The translations under genes were made by a program, and so were the position numbers. From IMG/VR virus record IMGVR_UViG_3300043580_000084, positions 1-57,949 of that record: a stretch of DNA of 57,949 nt; one strand, written 5' to 3'. The notes beneath the pieces are model-generated. The model was not told where the DNA came from and did not search any database. It saw nothing but the letters and a program-made list of their open reading frames with translations. Shown piece by piece: positions 37,452-46,024 of the stretch (the stretch's first letter is position 1; every line of letters begins with the position of its first letter). This DNA comes from a virus (taxonomy: Duplodnaviria > Caudoviricetes).

Positions 37452-38109
37452 GATCCCGCGCTATGCCGTGATCCCCAGCAACGGGCGCGAGTGCCTGATT
37501 GGCTGCCTGGAGAACATCAGACCCCAAGTGGACATGGCCTTTGTTGTATTCACCGGGGAATCCATCACTGAGATTGATAGTGACCGGATACTTCGACACG
37601 CCTACGTCCTCTATGAAGGACCGGATGACGCGAACATCTCCCGGTGGTGGAACCAGGGCCTAGATGCTGTTGCTGACGTTGTCCTTGAAGCGGACCCCGG
37701 CCCCACGAAATGGGATGTCGCGGTCCTCAATGATGACGCCATAGTCCCTGAGGGGTGGTTCGATGCCGTCGCCGGAACCATTAGACAGATGGGTGTCGCC
37801 GCCGGCTGCTCCGGTGGCTACGGTATGCCCGTATTACACACTCAGAACCAGGCACCTCCTCTGGCGACGAGGATGCAGGGTTTTGCATTCGTCCTTGCTG
37901 GGGAGCTGGGGCTCCGAGCAGATGAACAATTCGTCTGGTACTGCGGGGATGATGACCTGGGAAGACGAGCCGCCGTTGCCGGAGGAATGGTTATGGTCCC
38001 CGGGTTTCCCGTGAATCACCTGCACCCGAATGGTCAAAGCAACCTGCACCATCACATCCCGGGGGACATGCAGCGCTACGTCGACAAATGGGGAGGGCGG
38101 CCCTGGTGA
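37444..38109 (+). CDS. glycosyltransferase (GT-A/GT2-like)
   Basis: AVIPS, NISRWWNQGL, VLNDD, WYCGDDD. Confidence 0.8.
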   Translation: MARIPRYAVIPSNGRECLIGCLENIRPQVDMAFVVFTGESITEIDSDRILRHAYVLYEGPDDANISRWWNQGLDAVADVVLEADPGPTKWDVAVLNDDAIVPEGWFDAVAGTIRQMGVAAGCSGGYGMPVLHTQNQAPPLATRMQGFAFVLAGELGLRADEQFVWYCGDDDLGRRAAVAGGMVMVPGFPVNHLHPNGQSNLHHHIPGDMQRYVDKWGGRPW

Positions 38110-38237
38110 ATCTGCTCAATGACTCACGGGAACCAACGTCTCGTGGACCCGCGGCCTACCTGCTCTTCCTGACTGCGGTGATCTTCTTTTTCATCATGTG
38201 CTTGTTCTGTGGAGCGGTGATTCAGGGATGGATATGA
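38106..38237 (+). CDS. 43-aa membrane peptide
   Basis: GTGA/ATGA overlaps on both sides; one TM helix. Confidence 0.55.
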   Translation: MNLLNDSREPTSRGPAAYLLFLTAVIFFFIMCLFCGAVIQGWI

Positions 38238-38923
38238 CCCGGCACGAGTTCCTGGCCGCCCTGCACAAGGTGCTGCAACCGAAGGTGTACCTGGAGATCG
38301 GGGTCCAGTACGGCAGCTCCCTGGTCCTGGCCGAGGCGGCACAGGTGGCGTACGGGATCGACCCAAACCCGCTGCTGTTCGCGGCCCCACAGAATCAGCT
38401 ACCGAACCAGGACATCCATTCCGTCACCTCGGACGAGTTCTTCCAGTGGGTCTCCTGGAGCGGGTCCAACCCGCTGCCCCCCATCGACCTGGCCTTCATT
38501 GACGGGTCACACCTGGTTGAGGACGCTGTCGTTGACTTTGTCAACGTACAGAAGCACATGCGCCCAGGGGGTGTCATCGTCTTCGACGATGTCCTGCCCT
38601 ACAACGAGGCCATCGCCGCTCGCGAACAGCCGCCGGGGGACTGGACCGGGGATGTGTGGAAGTGCTACTTCATCCTGGGCGAGATGTACACAAACCACCT
38701 GATCAGCTCCGAGCCAATTTTGGTCAACACCTGGCCCACCGGCACCATGGTCCTGCTCAACGTGGAACCCACCCTGTCGCTGGGGTCTCGCTACAGCGAC
38801 AAGGAGTACATCCGCCAGTTCTTCGAGCATGTGAGCCCGGTCCCGGGCACTATCCTCAACCGAACCCATGCGGTACATCCTGACCATGTATTGGAGAAGC
38901 TCCGTGAGCGACAACTGGATTAG
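38234..38923 (+). CDS. class I SAM-dependent methyltransferase (Methyltransf_24-like)
   Basis: YLEIGVQYGSS, IDP, FIDGSH, PGGVIVFDD. Confidence 0.88.
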   Translation: MTRHEFLAALHKVLQPKVYLEIGVQYGSSLVLAEAAQVAYGIDPNPLLFAAPQNQLPNQDIHSVTSDEFFQWVSWSGSNPLPPIDLAFIDGSHLVEDAVVDFVNVQKHMRPGGVIVFDDVLPYNEAIAAREQPPGDWTGDVWKCYFILGEMYTNHLISSEPILVNTWPTGTMVLLNVEPTLSLGSRYSDKEYIRQFFEHVSPVPGTILNRTHAVHPDHVLEKLRERQLD

Positions 38924-39140
38924 ATCCACCAGGTGTAATGGCGACACCTGTGTCGAGATTGCGTTCCGCAAATCCACTAGGTCTGGGCCCTGGACTGACA
39001 ACTGCGTCGAGGTGGCCAACCGTGACTACGGCGTACAGGTCCGAGACAGCAAGGATCCCCAGGGACCGGTCCTGAGCTTCACTCATGCCGAGTGGGATGC
39101 ATTCCTCGCCGGTGCCCGCGATGGTGAGTTCGACCTGTGA
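38904..39140 (+). CDS. DUF397 protein
   Basis: WIRSTRC..CVEIA-FRKSTRS..NCVEVA..VRDSKDP.GPVL.F...W.AF. Confidence 0.9.
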   Translation: MSDNWIRSTRCNGDTCVEIAFRKSTRSGPWTDNCVEVANRDYGVQVRDSKDPQGPVLSFTHAEWDAFLAGARDGEFDL

Positions 39141-39958
39141 CACGGATTGCTGTGACAGGCGGTGGCGGCTTCCTCGGGGCCGCCACCATTCGCATCGCCG
39201 AGCTACAGGGACACGAGGCATGGCGCTTCGACCGGTCTGACGGGAATGATGTCCTCGGGGACCTACGCGGCCTCGACGGTGCGGATGTGGTCATTCATAT
39301 GGCCGGGATGCTGGGGACAGATGAACTCTTCGACACTGCCGAAGAGGCTGTCGAGGCGAACGTGGTGGGGACGCTTCGAGTTCTCGAATGGTGCAAGAAG
39401 CATGATGCCGGATTCGTGGGCATCACGATGCCGGACTCCTCCTGGGCCAACGTCTATCAGGCCACCAAGCTCTGTGCCCTGAGGCTGGCCACAGCCTGGC
39501 ACCGCAACTTCGGGGTGCCCGTGTCCCACGTCCGGGCCTTCAACGCCTATGGACCAGGTCAGAAGTGGGGGCCGGGACATCCGCAGAAGTTCATTCCCAC
39601 CTGGTCCACGCAGGCCTGGCGCGGGGAGCCGTTGACCATCTGGGGCTCCGGCAACCAGACCGTGGACGCCGTGTACGTGGACGACGTGGCTCTGATGCTG
39701 GTGGACGCCTGCGTATTCGGGGACGACGAGATTCTCGACGCCGGCACTGGCCAGGCGGTGACAGTTAATCAGATCGCCCTGGCGGTCAACCGGTTCGCCG
39801 GCAACACGGCCGGGATCGTGCACCTACCCATGCGCCGTGGGGAGGCGCCGGACACGCACATTGTGGCGAGGGGAGAAGGATGGGAAATGGTGGGGTGGCA
39901 TCCCGAATTCAGCTGGGACAAGATTCGCCAGACGGTGGAGTGGTACAAGCCTGCCTAG
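39137..39958 (+). CDS. NAD-dependent epimerase/dehydratase
   Basis: TGGGGFLG, YQATK, RAFNAYGPGQ, GSGNQ. Confidence 0.9.
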   Translation: MTRIAVTGGGGFLGAATIRIAELQGHEAWRFDRSDGNDVLGDLRGLDGADVVIHMAGMLGTDELFDTAEEAVEANVVGTLRVLEWCKKHDAGFVGITMPDSSWANVYQATKLCALRLATAWHRNFGVPVSHVRAFNAYGPGQKWGPGHPQKFIPTWSTQAWRGEPLTIWGSGNQTVDAVYVDDVALMLVDACVFGDDEILDAGTGQAVTVNQIALAVNRFAGNTAGIVHLPMRRGEAPDTHIVARGEGWEMVGWHPEFSWDKIRQTVEWYKPA

Positions 39959-40108
39959 GCAGCTATCGCAGAAAGTGTCGGTGTCCGACCTGCTCAACCA
40001 GGCACTCCGCTGCGGCCAAAGCCCTCCGGGCCTCGCGCCGGCAGATGCCAACCCTCACCACCAGGCTGCGTCGGGATATCGGCATCGTCAACGAAAGGAG
40101 ATTCAAGG

Positions 40109-40351
40109 GTGAATGAGGTCATGGTCCAGGAGTTGGGGCCGCGGACGTGGACTGACGAGTCGGGGGAGGAGAACGTCTACTACTCCGTCTCTTTTACCCT
40201 GGAGCACGAGGGCCGTATCTATGGGCAGACACTGTCCCTGTCCCCTGGCGTGGAGCCCGGGGACCCGGAGTATGTGATGTCCGTGGAGCACAGCCGCCAG
40301 AGCTTCCTAGCCAAGGCGCTCCAGAAGATAAGCGACGATCCAGCAGAGTAG
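40109..40351 (+). CDS. hypothetical protein
   Basis: 80-aa ORF with plausible RBS. Confidence 0.55.
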   Translation: MNEVMVQELGPRTWTDESGEENVYYSVSFTLEHEGRIYGQTLSLSPGVEPGDPEYVMSVEHSRQSFLAKALQKISDDPAE

Positions 40352-40456
40352 GCCACCGGCCAGCAGGTCGGGGCGGGCAGCGGGCTGTCCCCAGAAGGTG
40401 CGGAACCCCAGCAGGAGGGCTCCTGCGATCAGGAGGATGAGAATGATCAGACTCAT
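40307..40456 (-). CDS. small 2-TM membrane protein
   Basis: MSLIILLILIAGALLLG..LLCWIVAYLLERLG. Confidence 0.5.
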   Translation of the reverse strand: MSLIILILLIAGALLLGFRTFWGQPAARPDLLAGGLLCWIVAYLLERLG

Positions 40457-40472
40457 GGGCAGAAGATACCCA

Positions 40473-40655
40473 CTATGAGTCGTCGCTACTCGCCGCCTTC
40501 TCTGCCCGAGCCGCCTGGTAGGCGGTCCAGTGACTGACCACGTTGGCGTAGACGGACACGATGCCGATGAAGAGGATGCTCTCCTTCCACCACAGGATCG
40601 TAGGGATGATGAGCGCCATCCAGGCCCAGGTGAGGATCAGGTGCAGCCGGCGCAT
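40473..40655 (-). CDS. small membrane protein
   Basis: Two hydrophobic segments; SVYANVVSHWTAYQA. Confidence 0.65.
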   Translation of the reverse strand: MRRLHLILTWAWMALIIPTILWWKESILFIGIVSVYANVVSHWTAYQAARAEKAASSDDS

Positions 40656-41354
40656 ACCCCCAAGGTAGCTCTTTACACCGCTGTGTATGGTAAATCGGAC
40701 TGGGTGAAGCCGGCCCCCAAGGTCCCGGACGGGGTGCCCTGCTACTTCTACACCGACTCACCAGTGGTTGGTCTGGAGGCTGAGACCCTCGGGTGGGATG
40801 TTCGGGTCGTTTCCCACTACATCGCTACGGTAAAGGGTGAACCGAAGATCACGGCTCCCATGCTGGCGCACAAGTTCTGGAAAACCCATCCCGCCCTGGC
40901 ATGCCCCGATGTGGACGTTTCGCTGTGGATAGATGGGTCCATGGAGGTGACAACTGATCGTTACGTGGACCTCGGGCTTGAGGCTCTGGGCAGTGACGAC
41001 TGGGCCTGCGTCCCACACCCGACCCGGGGATGTATCTACCCGGAGGGCGAGTACTCCGCCACCTTGACATGGCGTTACGACGGCCCGAGCATTCTCGCCC
41101 AGATCCAGTTCTACTCTCAGTTCCACCCACCAGGGTGGGGCCTGATTGCCACCGGGGCCAATGTACGTCGCCATACTCCGAGAGTACTGGAGCTGTCAGA
41201 CGCCTGGTGGATTGAGTGTCTACAGTGGAGTCATCAGGACCAGTTGTCCCTGCCTGTGTTGCTGCGTCTCGCCGAAGGGGAAGTCAAGTGGAATATGAAC
41301 CTGCCCTGGTTCCAGACATGGTTTCTGCACGAACATGGCCCGAAGCTAGGTTGA
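40641..41354 (+). CDS. DUF616/TOD1-like glycosyltransferase
   Basis: YTAVYG.D, YFYTD, KFWK.HP, SLWIDG, HP.RGC, DQLSL; GTG40641 has a GAGGA RBS. Confidence 0.8.
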   Translation: MQPAHTPKVALYTAVYGKSDWVKPAPKVPDGVPCYFYTDSPVVGLEAETLGWDVRVVSHYIATVKGEPKITAPMLAHKFWKTHPALACPDVDVSLWIDGSMEVTTDRYVDLGLEALGSDDWACVPHPTRGCIYPEGEYSATLTWRYDGPSILAQIQFYSQFHPPGWGLIATGANVRRHTPRVLELSDAWWIECLQWSHQDQLSLPVLLRLAEGEVKWNMNLPWFQTWFLHEHGPKLG

Positions 41355-41485
41355 TTGCCACTGAAGACACTCTCTTCAAGGTCTATGAGGCATTGTTGCG
41401 AGCCGGCCTCTCTGGCGACCAGGCTCAGAGCGCGATCATGGACATGCAGAACGTGGGTCTCTACTTCCGCGAACTGGAGAGCTAA
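41351..41485 (+). CDS. hypothetical protein
   Basis: Fills the gap with overlapping start and stop. Confidence 0.5.
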   Translation: MIATEDTLFKVYEALLRAGLSGDQAQSAIMDMQNVGLYFRELES

Positions 41486-42069
41486 TGTTGCCCGGTATCA
41501 CCGTCTGTATAGCCACCCACCCGGAGCGCCAGACGTCGGGGCTCATCAACCGGGCCTTCGCCTCGGTGGCGGCTCAGACGATGCAGCCGTCCGCGATCCT
41601 GGTCTGCAACGACCTGGACAGGAAGGGCGCCGGGGCCAACCGCCGCCGGCTCCTGGCCATGGTGGACACCGAGTGGATCGCCTGGTGCGACTCAGACGAT
41701 GAACTGATGCCGGAGCACCTGGAGAAGCTGTACCGGGTGGCCACCGAGACCGACTCTGTCTTCGTGTTCAGCTGGTTCCATGGGCCCGACCCGCTGGGTC
41801 ACTTCGGGTTGCCATTCAAACCGTGCACACCCCATCACACGACTCACAACGTCTTGGTACGTACGAATATCGCACAGGAAGTCGGCTACCAAGACAATCA
41901 AAAAGGTACATACGCCAATGAAGACTGGAGCTTCATCACCGGAGTGGCGGCACTGGCCTGTGAACGTGGCCTGGCCATGACCCACCTGGCTGAGCGCACC
42001 TGGACCTATCACCAACACGGACAGAACAGCAGCGGACAGCCGGGACAAGGGGACGCCCGGGGCGCATAA
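41485..42069 (+). CDS. GT2-like glycosyltransferase
   Basis: ITVCIATH, SVAAQT, WIAWCDSDD, EDW. Confidence 0.85.
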   Translation: MLPGITVCIATHPERQTSGLINRAFASVAAQTMQPSAILVCNDLDRKGAGANRRRLLAMVDTEWIAWCDSDDELMPEHLEKLYRVATETDSVFVFSWFHGPDPLGHFGLPFKPCTPHHTTHNVLVRTNIAQEVGYQDNQKGTYANEDWSFITGVAALACERGLAMTHLAERTWTYHQHGQNSSGQPGQGDARGA

Positions 42070-42076
42070 TGCACCC

Positions 42077-42961
42077 ATGGCGACCAACCCGCAGCCTAGC
42101 CACATCACCGCGGAGATGTGGTGGTTCATTGAGGAGTGGGAGCGTCTCGAAGCTGAGACGGTCTTCGCTGGTGCCTGGGGTGACTTCAAGCCGGGATATC
42201 ACTGTGACTACTACACCCTGAAGCATCATTCAGGGTGGCAGAACGACTATTCAGTCCAGCTGGCCGACGACCAGGTCCCGGCCCCCCACCCGAACGAGCA
42301 CATGGGCGCCGCGGTGGACATCACCTTCCCTTCGGCCCAGGCTGGGAACCTCACCAACATCCGCAAGTACAGCGACCGCATCCGAGCGGCCTGGAAGGCT
42401 CGGGACCCCCGGCTCAAAGGCTGGCGCGAGGTTCTGTGCAACAGCTCCGATGGGGACACCCCGGCGGACGGGTACGACTTCACCAACTGGACCGAGCGCA
42501 GTCCCGACGACACCCACAAGTGGCATATGCACTTCAGTTGTCTGCGCAAATACCTCAACGTGCTGTCGGTATTCCAGGCCATGATGTCGATTCTGCGGGG
42601 CGAGACACTGGCGCAATGGCAATCAAGGGAGACAGGGACGATGGCGATAGTGTTCAGATACAGCAACCAGTACTGGATCTCCCGGGGCGACGCCACATCC
42701 CGCGAGGTCATCCCCGGGGCCATGGGTGTGGTGTCCGGTGAAATGAATGTTGTCTGCGACGTGCACCGGGTCTACCCGGACAAGGATTCACACGGCTATC
42801 CGGCGACGGATCTGAAGACCCGTGACTGGAATGACGCCAGGGTCGACCTCTCCTTCGGGAAGATCAAGTCGGCGGCCAATGGTGGCGGGGGTTCTTTGAC
42901 CGATCACTCCCACGAATTCGCGGCATCTGGTACATCTGGTCCGCCTGTGGCCACTAGCTGA
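42077..42961 (+). CDS. putative endolysin (M15-like Zn peptidase)
   Basis: GYH..DYSV..AAVDI..HKWHMHFS; near holin candidate. Confidence 0.6.
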   Translation: MATNPQPSHITAEMWWFIEEWERLEAETVFAGAWGDFKPGYHCDYYTLKHHSGWQNDYSVQLADDQVPAPHPNEHMGAAVDITFPSAQAGNLTNIRKYSDRIRAAWKARDPRLKGWREVLCNSSDGDTPADGYDFTNWTERSPDDTHKWHMHFSCLRKYLNVLSVFQAMMSILRGETLAQWQSRETGTMAIVFRYSNQYWISRGDATSREVIPGAMGVVSGEMNVVCDVHRVYPDKDSHGYPATDLKTRDWNDARVDLSFGKIKSAANGGGGSLTDHSHEFAASGTSGPPVATS

Positions 42962-42965
42962 TCTT

Positions 42966-43295
42966 GTGACGACACATCGCCGGTACACTTTCCTGGATGA
43001 GGTCATGACTGGCACCGCTTGTCACACCAAGGTGCTCTCCATCCTCCAGCACGCCTGCGAAGTGTCCTGGTGGTTCAACGAGCCCGACGTGCAGGGCCAG
43101 GAGGAGGGCACTCTCAGCTTCTCGTTCACGGTGTCGGCGCGCGATCAGTGGTGGGCCCACCGCCGGGCCATGGAACTGGCTGAGCGGGTCTATCGCGGGG
43201 CTCTACGCATGGGCCCAGCGGCCGTCCCGGTCCCCCTGTGGCAGCCCCTGGCCCCGCACACCAACCGTGGAAGGTTTCGCGTCCCGACAACTTAG
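42966..43295 (+). CDS. hypothetical protein
   Basis: Operon position. Confidence 0.55.
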   Translation: MTTHRRYTFLDEVMTGTACHTKVLSILQHACEVSWWFNEPDVQGQEEGTLSFSFTVSARDQWWAHRRAMELAERVYRGALRMGPAAVPVPLWQPLAPHTNRGRFRVPTT

Positions 43296-43308
43296 GTAAA
43301 GTGTTCTT

Positions 43309-43536
43309 GTGGCCTTTGACCGCTCCGATGATCTGATCCTTGCACTGCAGCAGGCGACCGAGCTGTTCAGCCACGGTCGCTACGAGCACCTGGCGGAGTG
43401 CAACGGAGACTTGTACGCCGCTGAAACAGTCACCGAGGTAGCCGACGTCTTTGTGGCGTGGCTGCGCCGACCCGTATCCCTCACCCTTACCCTCGTCGCA
43501 GTCGAGGAACAACCCGCCCAGGAGGCGACACCGTGA
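43309..43536 (+). CDS. hypothetical protein
   Basis: Operon position. Confidence 0.55.
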   Translation: MAFDRSDDLILALQQATELFSHGRYEHLAECNGDLYAAETVTEVADVFVAWLRRPVSLTLTLVAVEEQPAQEATP

Positions 43537-43862
43537 CCACGTTGGACACCAGCCAGCAGGCCCGTTACGTCATCAGCTCCGCCGACGACCGGGGCTTCCC
43601 GGTCGACGCCACCCTTGAGGTCAGCGCCACGCCCACGGGCGTCGTCACGGCCACCATTACCGAGGCCACCGCTGGCACCGCGTCCGGCAAGGACGAGCTG
43701 GTAGCTGTCGCAGTAGGCATCGGCTCCGCCGTGGTCAAGGTCTTCGACCCGGCCAACCCGGACACCATCTTTGGCTCGGACAACATTGACGTCGCCGCTG
43801 GCGGCGTCGCCGCGGTCGTCCTGGAGGCTCCGGTCATCGAGGAGCAGACGCCGACCCCGTAA
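43533..43862 (+). CDS. Ig-like beta-sandwich small protein
   Basis: AGGAGG RBS; Thr/Val/Ala-rich beta pattern. Confidence 0.55.
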   Translation: MTTLDTSQQARYVISSADDRGFPVDATLEVSATPTGVVTATITEATAGTASGKDELVAVAVGIGSAVVKVFDPANPDTIFGSDNIDVAAGGVAAVVLEAPVIEEQTPTP

Positions 43863-43870
43863 GCAGACAC

Positions 43871-43911
43871 AAAGCAGCCCCCGTGGGTCATTGACCTACG
43901 GGGGCTGCTTT
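43871..43911. terminator. intrinsic terminator
   Basis: aaagcagcccccgt..acgggggctgcttt. Confidence 0.8.
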
Positions 43912-43990
43912 GTGTCCCTTCGAGCCACGCCGGGATCAGCGCCTTCCGAGGATCATGGGATTCCCCGACTCTGGAACTATTCTAGAAACT

Positions 43991-44272
43991 ATGACCGCTG
44001 AGGGTATAGCCCTAATCCTTGGTGCCGTCGCCACACTGGTGACGTCGATTGCTACTGCCGTGGTCCTGGTCTTGAAGCGTGATGTCGTTAAGGTCAAAGA
44101 TGGCCTCGGTGAAGTACACGCTCTCGTCAATCAGAACCGTACCGACATGCTCCAGTACCAGAATGACCTGATTATGGTCCTTCAGAAGAACGAGATCATC
44201 GTCCCTCGGGACCGCTCAACTGTCGCAGGTACTGGACCTCTGCCCAAGCCCGATGGCCGGGACACAGCATGA
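43991..44272 (+). CDS. holin-like single-TM protein
   Basis: N-terminal TM, VHALVN motif, near lysin. Confidence 0.55.
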   Translation: MTAEGIALILGAVATLVTSIATAVVLVLKRDVVKVKDGLGEVHALVNQNRTDMLQYQNDLIMVLQKNEIIVPRDRSTVAGTGPLPKPDGRDTA

Positions 44273-44401
44273 GTGGCCACACCCCGTAGGTCACTCGGAC
44301 CAGCCAGCGGTGGCATTCCTTGAAGGCCCCCGGGAACCCGGTGACCAGATAGCGCACTGTGTTCATGGAACCTCCCTTCGTTGTCCGGCCGCGCGGCCTC
44401 G

Positions 44402-44471
44402 TGGATCGTGTCGGATTCGAACCGACATCCCCGGCCTAAACGCCGGACTCTGCCAATTAAGCTAGCGACCC
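44402..44471 (-). tRNA. atypical tRNA-like gene with 6-nt anticodon loop (gtttag)
   Basis: TAGCTTAATTGGCAGAG D arm; ccggc/gccgg stem; GTCGGTTCGAATCCGAC T arm. Confidence 0.75.
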
Positions 44472-44536
44472 AGGCGGTCCGTTTGAGGACCCTCGGACCA
44501 AGGGCACATGGACCTCGGTAAACCGAGGCTCCCTCG

Positions 44537-44608
44537 TGGCGGGATCCGGATTCGAACCGGAATCGACCGGGTTATGAGCCCGGGGAGTTGCCGTTACTCC
44601 ATCCCGCA
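44537..44608 (-). tRNA. tRNA-Met(CAT), initiator-like
   Basis: ccggg-ctCATaa-cccgg (three GC pairs); 1:72 mismatch. Confidence 0.88.
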
Positions 44609-44710
44609 CCGGCCAGAACCAGGAGACGACGGGGGAAGCTCCTGGTTCTGGCACTCATGAGTTCACTAGCCAACAACACTTGCCGGTCGTCGCTGGTCGT
44701 AGGTCCCTCG

Positions 44711-44765
44711 TGGCTGTTCAGGACTCGAACCTGGACCTGGGTGCACCCGGTCTTCCATTCAGCCG
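44711..44765 (-). ncRNA. mini tRNA-like RNA lacking a D arm and normal anticodon arm
   Basis: ggctg/cagcc acceptor-like stem; cagg-ttcgagt-cctg T arm; same 3' trailer as neighbouring tRNAs. Confidence 0.55.
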
Positions 44766-44840
44766 TGACTCCCCCAGGTTTTGTGTGACCAGCCCCTGGG
44801 GGAGCTTTCCTCCAGCCCTCTCAAACCTGAGGGTAGCTAC

Positions 44841-44869
44841 AGCCTAACTCCCCGGGGCCGGGGAGTCAA
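44841..44869 (-). promoter_or_regulatory. promoter TTGACT-17-TAGGCT for the tRNA cluster
   Basis: Hexamers; palindromic actccccgg..ccggggagt spacer. Confidence 0.8.
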
Positions 44870-45200
44870 CAGCATCGAGCCGTGCCTTGTGTAGCTCCGT
44901 GTAGTCCCCGGACGCGCTCTTGCACTTGCTCCCCGGCGGCTGCTCACAGCGCGGACAGGACAGCATCAGAGCCTTGGTCTTGCGATCCGCGCGAGGTCGG
45001 GCACCCCGAAACACAATGGGGTCCTCGTCATCCTCGTGCACCTCGTGCTCGTTGATGATGTCGGCCGCGATCAGGTCCTGCACCCGCTGCCGGTCCTTCT
45101 CATAGTCCAAGCGTGTCTTGCCCGGAGCAGGGAAGTACCACCCGTAGTTGGGACAGGCCCGAGGTAGGTGCCCGAGGATCCCACAGTTGTTGCACCTCAG
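44844..45200 (-). CDS. zinc-knuckle plus zinc-finger protein (start uncertain, possibly CTG)
   Basis: CNNCGILGHLPRAC (CX2CX4HX4C) and CPRCEQPPGSKC..H..R. Confidence 0.7.
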   Translation of the reverse strand: MRCNNCGILGHLPRACPNYGWYFPAPGKTRLDYEKDRQRVQDLIAADIINEHEVHEDDEDPIVFRGARPRADRKTKALMLSCPRCEQPPGSKCKSASGDYTELHKARLDAVDSPAPGS

Positions 45201-45433
45201 GAGCGGCGCTTGCGGCGAAGCTGGTCGCGGGTCAGGAACCCTTGAACTACCAACTGGGGTAGTGAACCCACGTGGTACAGCTCCTGCACCGTGTCCTTGG
45301 TCTCGGGGCAGATGTAGGCCGGCTTGCGGGGATGGTGCCGGCGCCCCACCTTCTTGGCTCGTGACTTGTCTGTGTACCACCACTTCTGGCATGTCTCACA
45401 CCACCCGATGGGATCTGTGTCGGTTTTGTTCAT
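45197..45433 (-). CDS. small Cys/His protein
   Basis: WCETCQK..AYICP..YHVG. Confidence 0.7.
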   Translation of the reverse strand: MNKTDTDPIGWCETCQKWWYTDKSRAKKVGRRHHPRKPAYICPETKDTVQELYHVGSLPQLVVQGFLTRDQLRRKRRS

Positions 45434-45713
45434 TGACCCCCCAGTAGAGCCAGCCGAAGTTCCACTTCAACCAGGTCAGCGGGTGTCGCCAGACCCTGGG
45501 TCCACGGTACGGGGCCAGGTGTCGGGGGACGGGGCGCGTAACGGGGATTTCAACGGTGTCTGCCTGCATCCCTACAGCCAGGACCGGGATCTCGAACTCG
45601 GGCTCACGGTCCGCGGCGATGTCTGCCATGGATCGTAGTGGCGTGTTCTTCATGATCTCCAGGAAATCCAGGAGGTCGTCGCCGGTCGTCTCGGGGAGCA
45701 GGTCGGTACTCAC
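45396..45713 (-). CDS. hypothetical protein
   Basis: Overlapping operon arrangement. Confidence 0.6.
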   Translation of the reverse strand: MSTDLLPETTGDDLLDFLEIMKNTPLRSMADIAADREPEFEIPVLAVGMQADTVEIPVTRPVPRHLAPYRGPRVWRHPLTWLKWNFGWLYWGVNEQNRHRSHRVV

Positions 45714-46024
45714 AGGGCCACCGATGCTGGAAGGGCCAGGATGATGCGTTTCAACTCATCCTGGTGGGCCGGGGTCAGCGTCACTGACGCCCCCGGGATC
45801 TCGGGCCACACCGCGAGGAGTAGCTCAAGCGCGTCGGCCACCAACTTGAAGTTGGTGATCTTCCGCTCTATCTCCACGTTGCTGGGGCGGCCCACGGGTA
45901 CCTCGACGGCCAGGGGTATCTTCCGGCCGTCACCGCGTCGTATCTCCCGGTCAGTCACGATCATCTGGGCCCAGTCGGGCAGGTCCATGCTGAACCCTGC
46001 AATGTGATCGCTCGTCACTGTCAT
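45710..46024 (-). CDS. hypothetical protein
   Basis: Overlapping operon arrangement. Confidence 0.6.
   Translation of the reverse strand: MTVTSDHIAGFSMDLPDWAQMIVTDREIRRGDGRKIPLAVEVPVGRPSNVEIERKITNFKLVADALELLLAVWPEIPGASVTLTPAHQDELKRIILALPASVAL

Noticed and set aside
36393-42069. Host O-antigen/capsule locus
   Set aside because: Genes are coupled within the phage late operon, and no flippase, polymerase or exporter is present.
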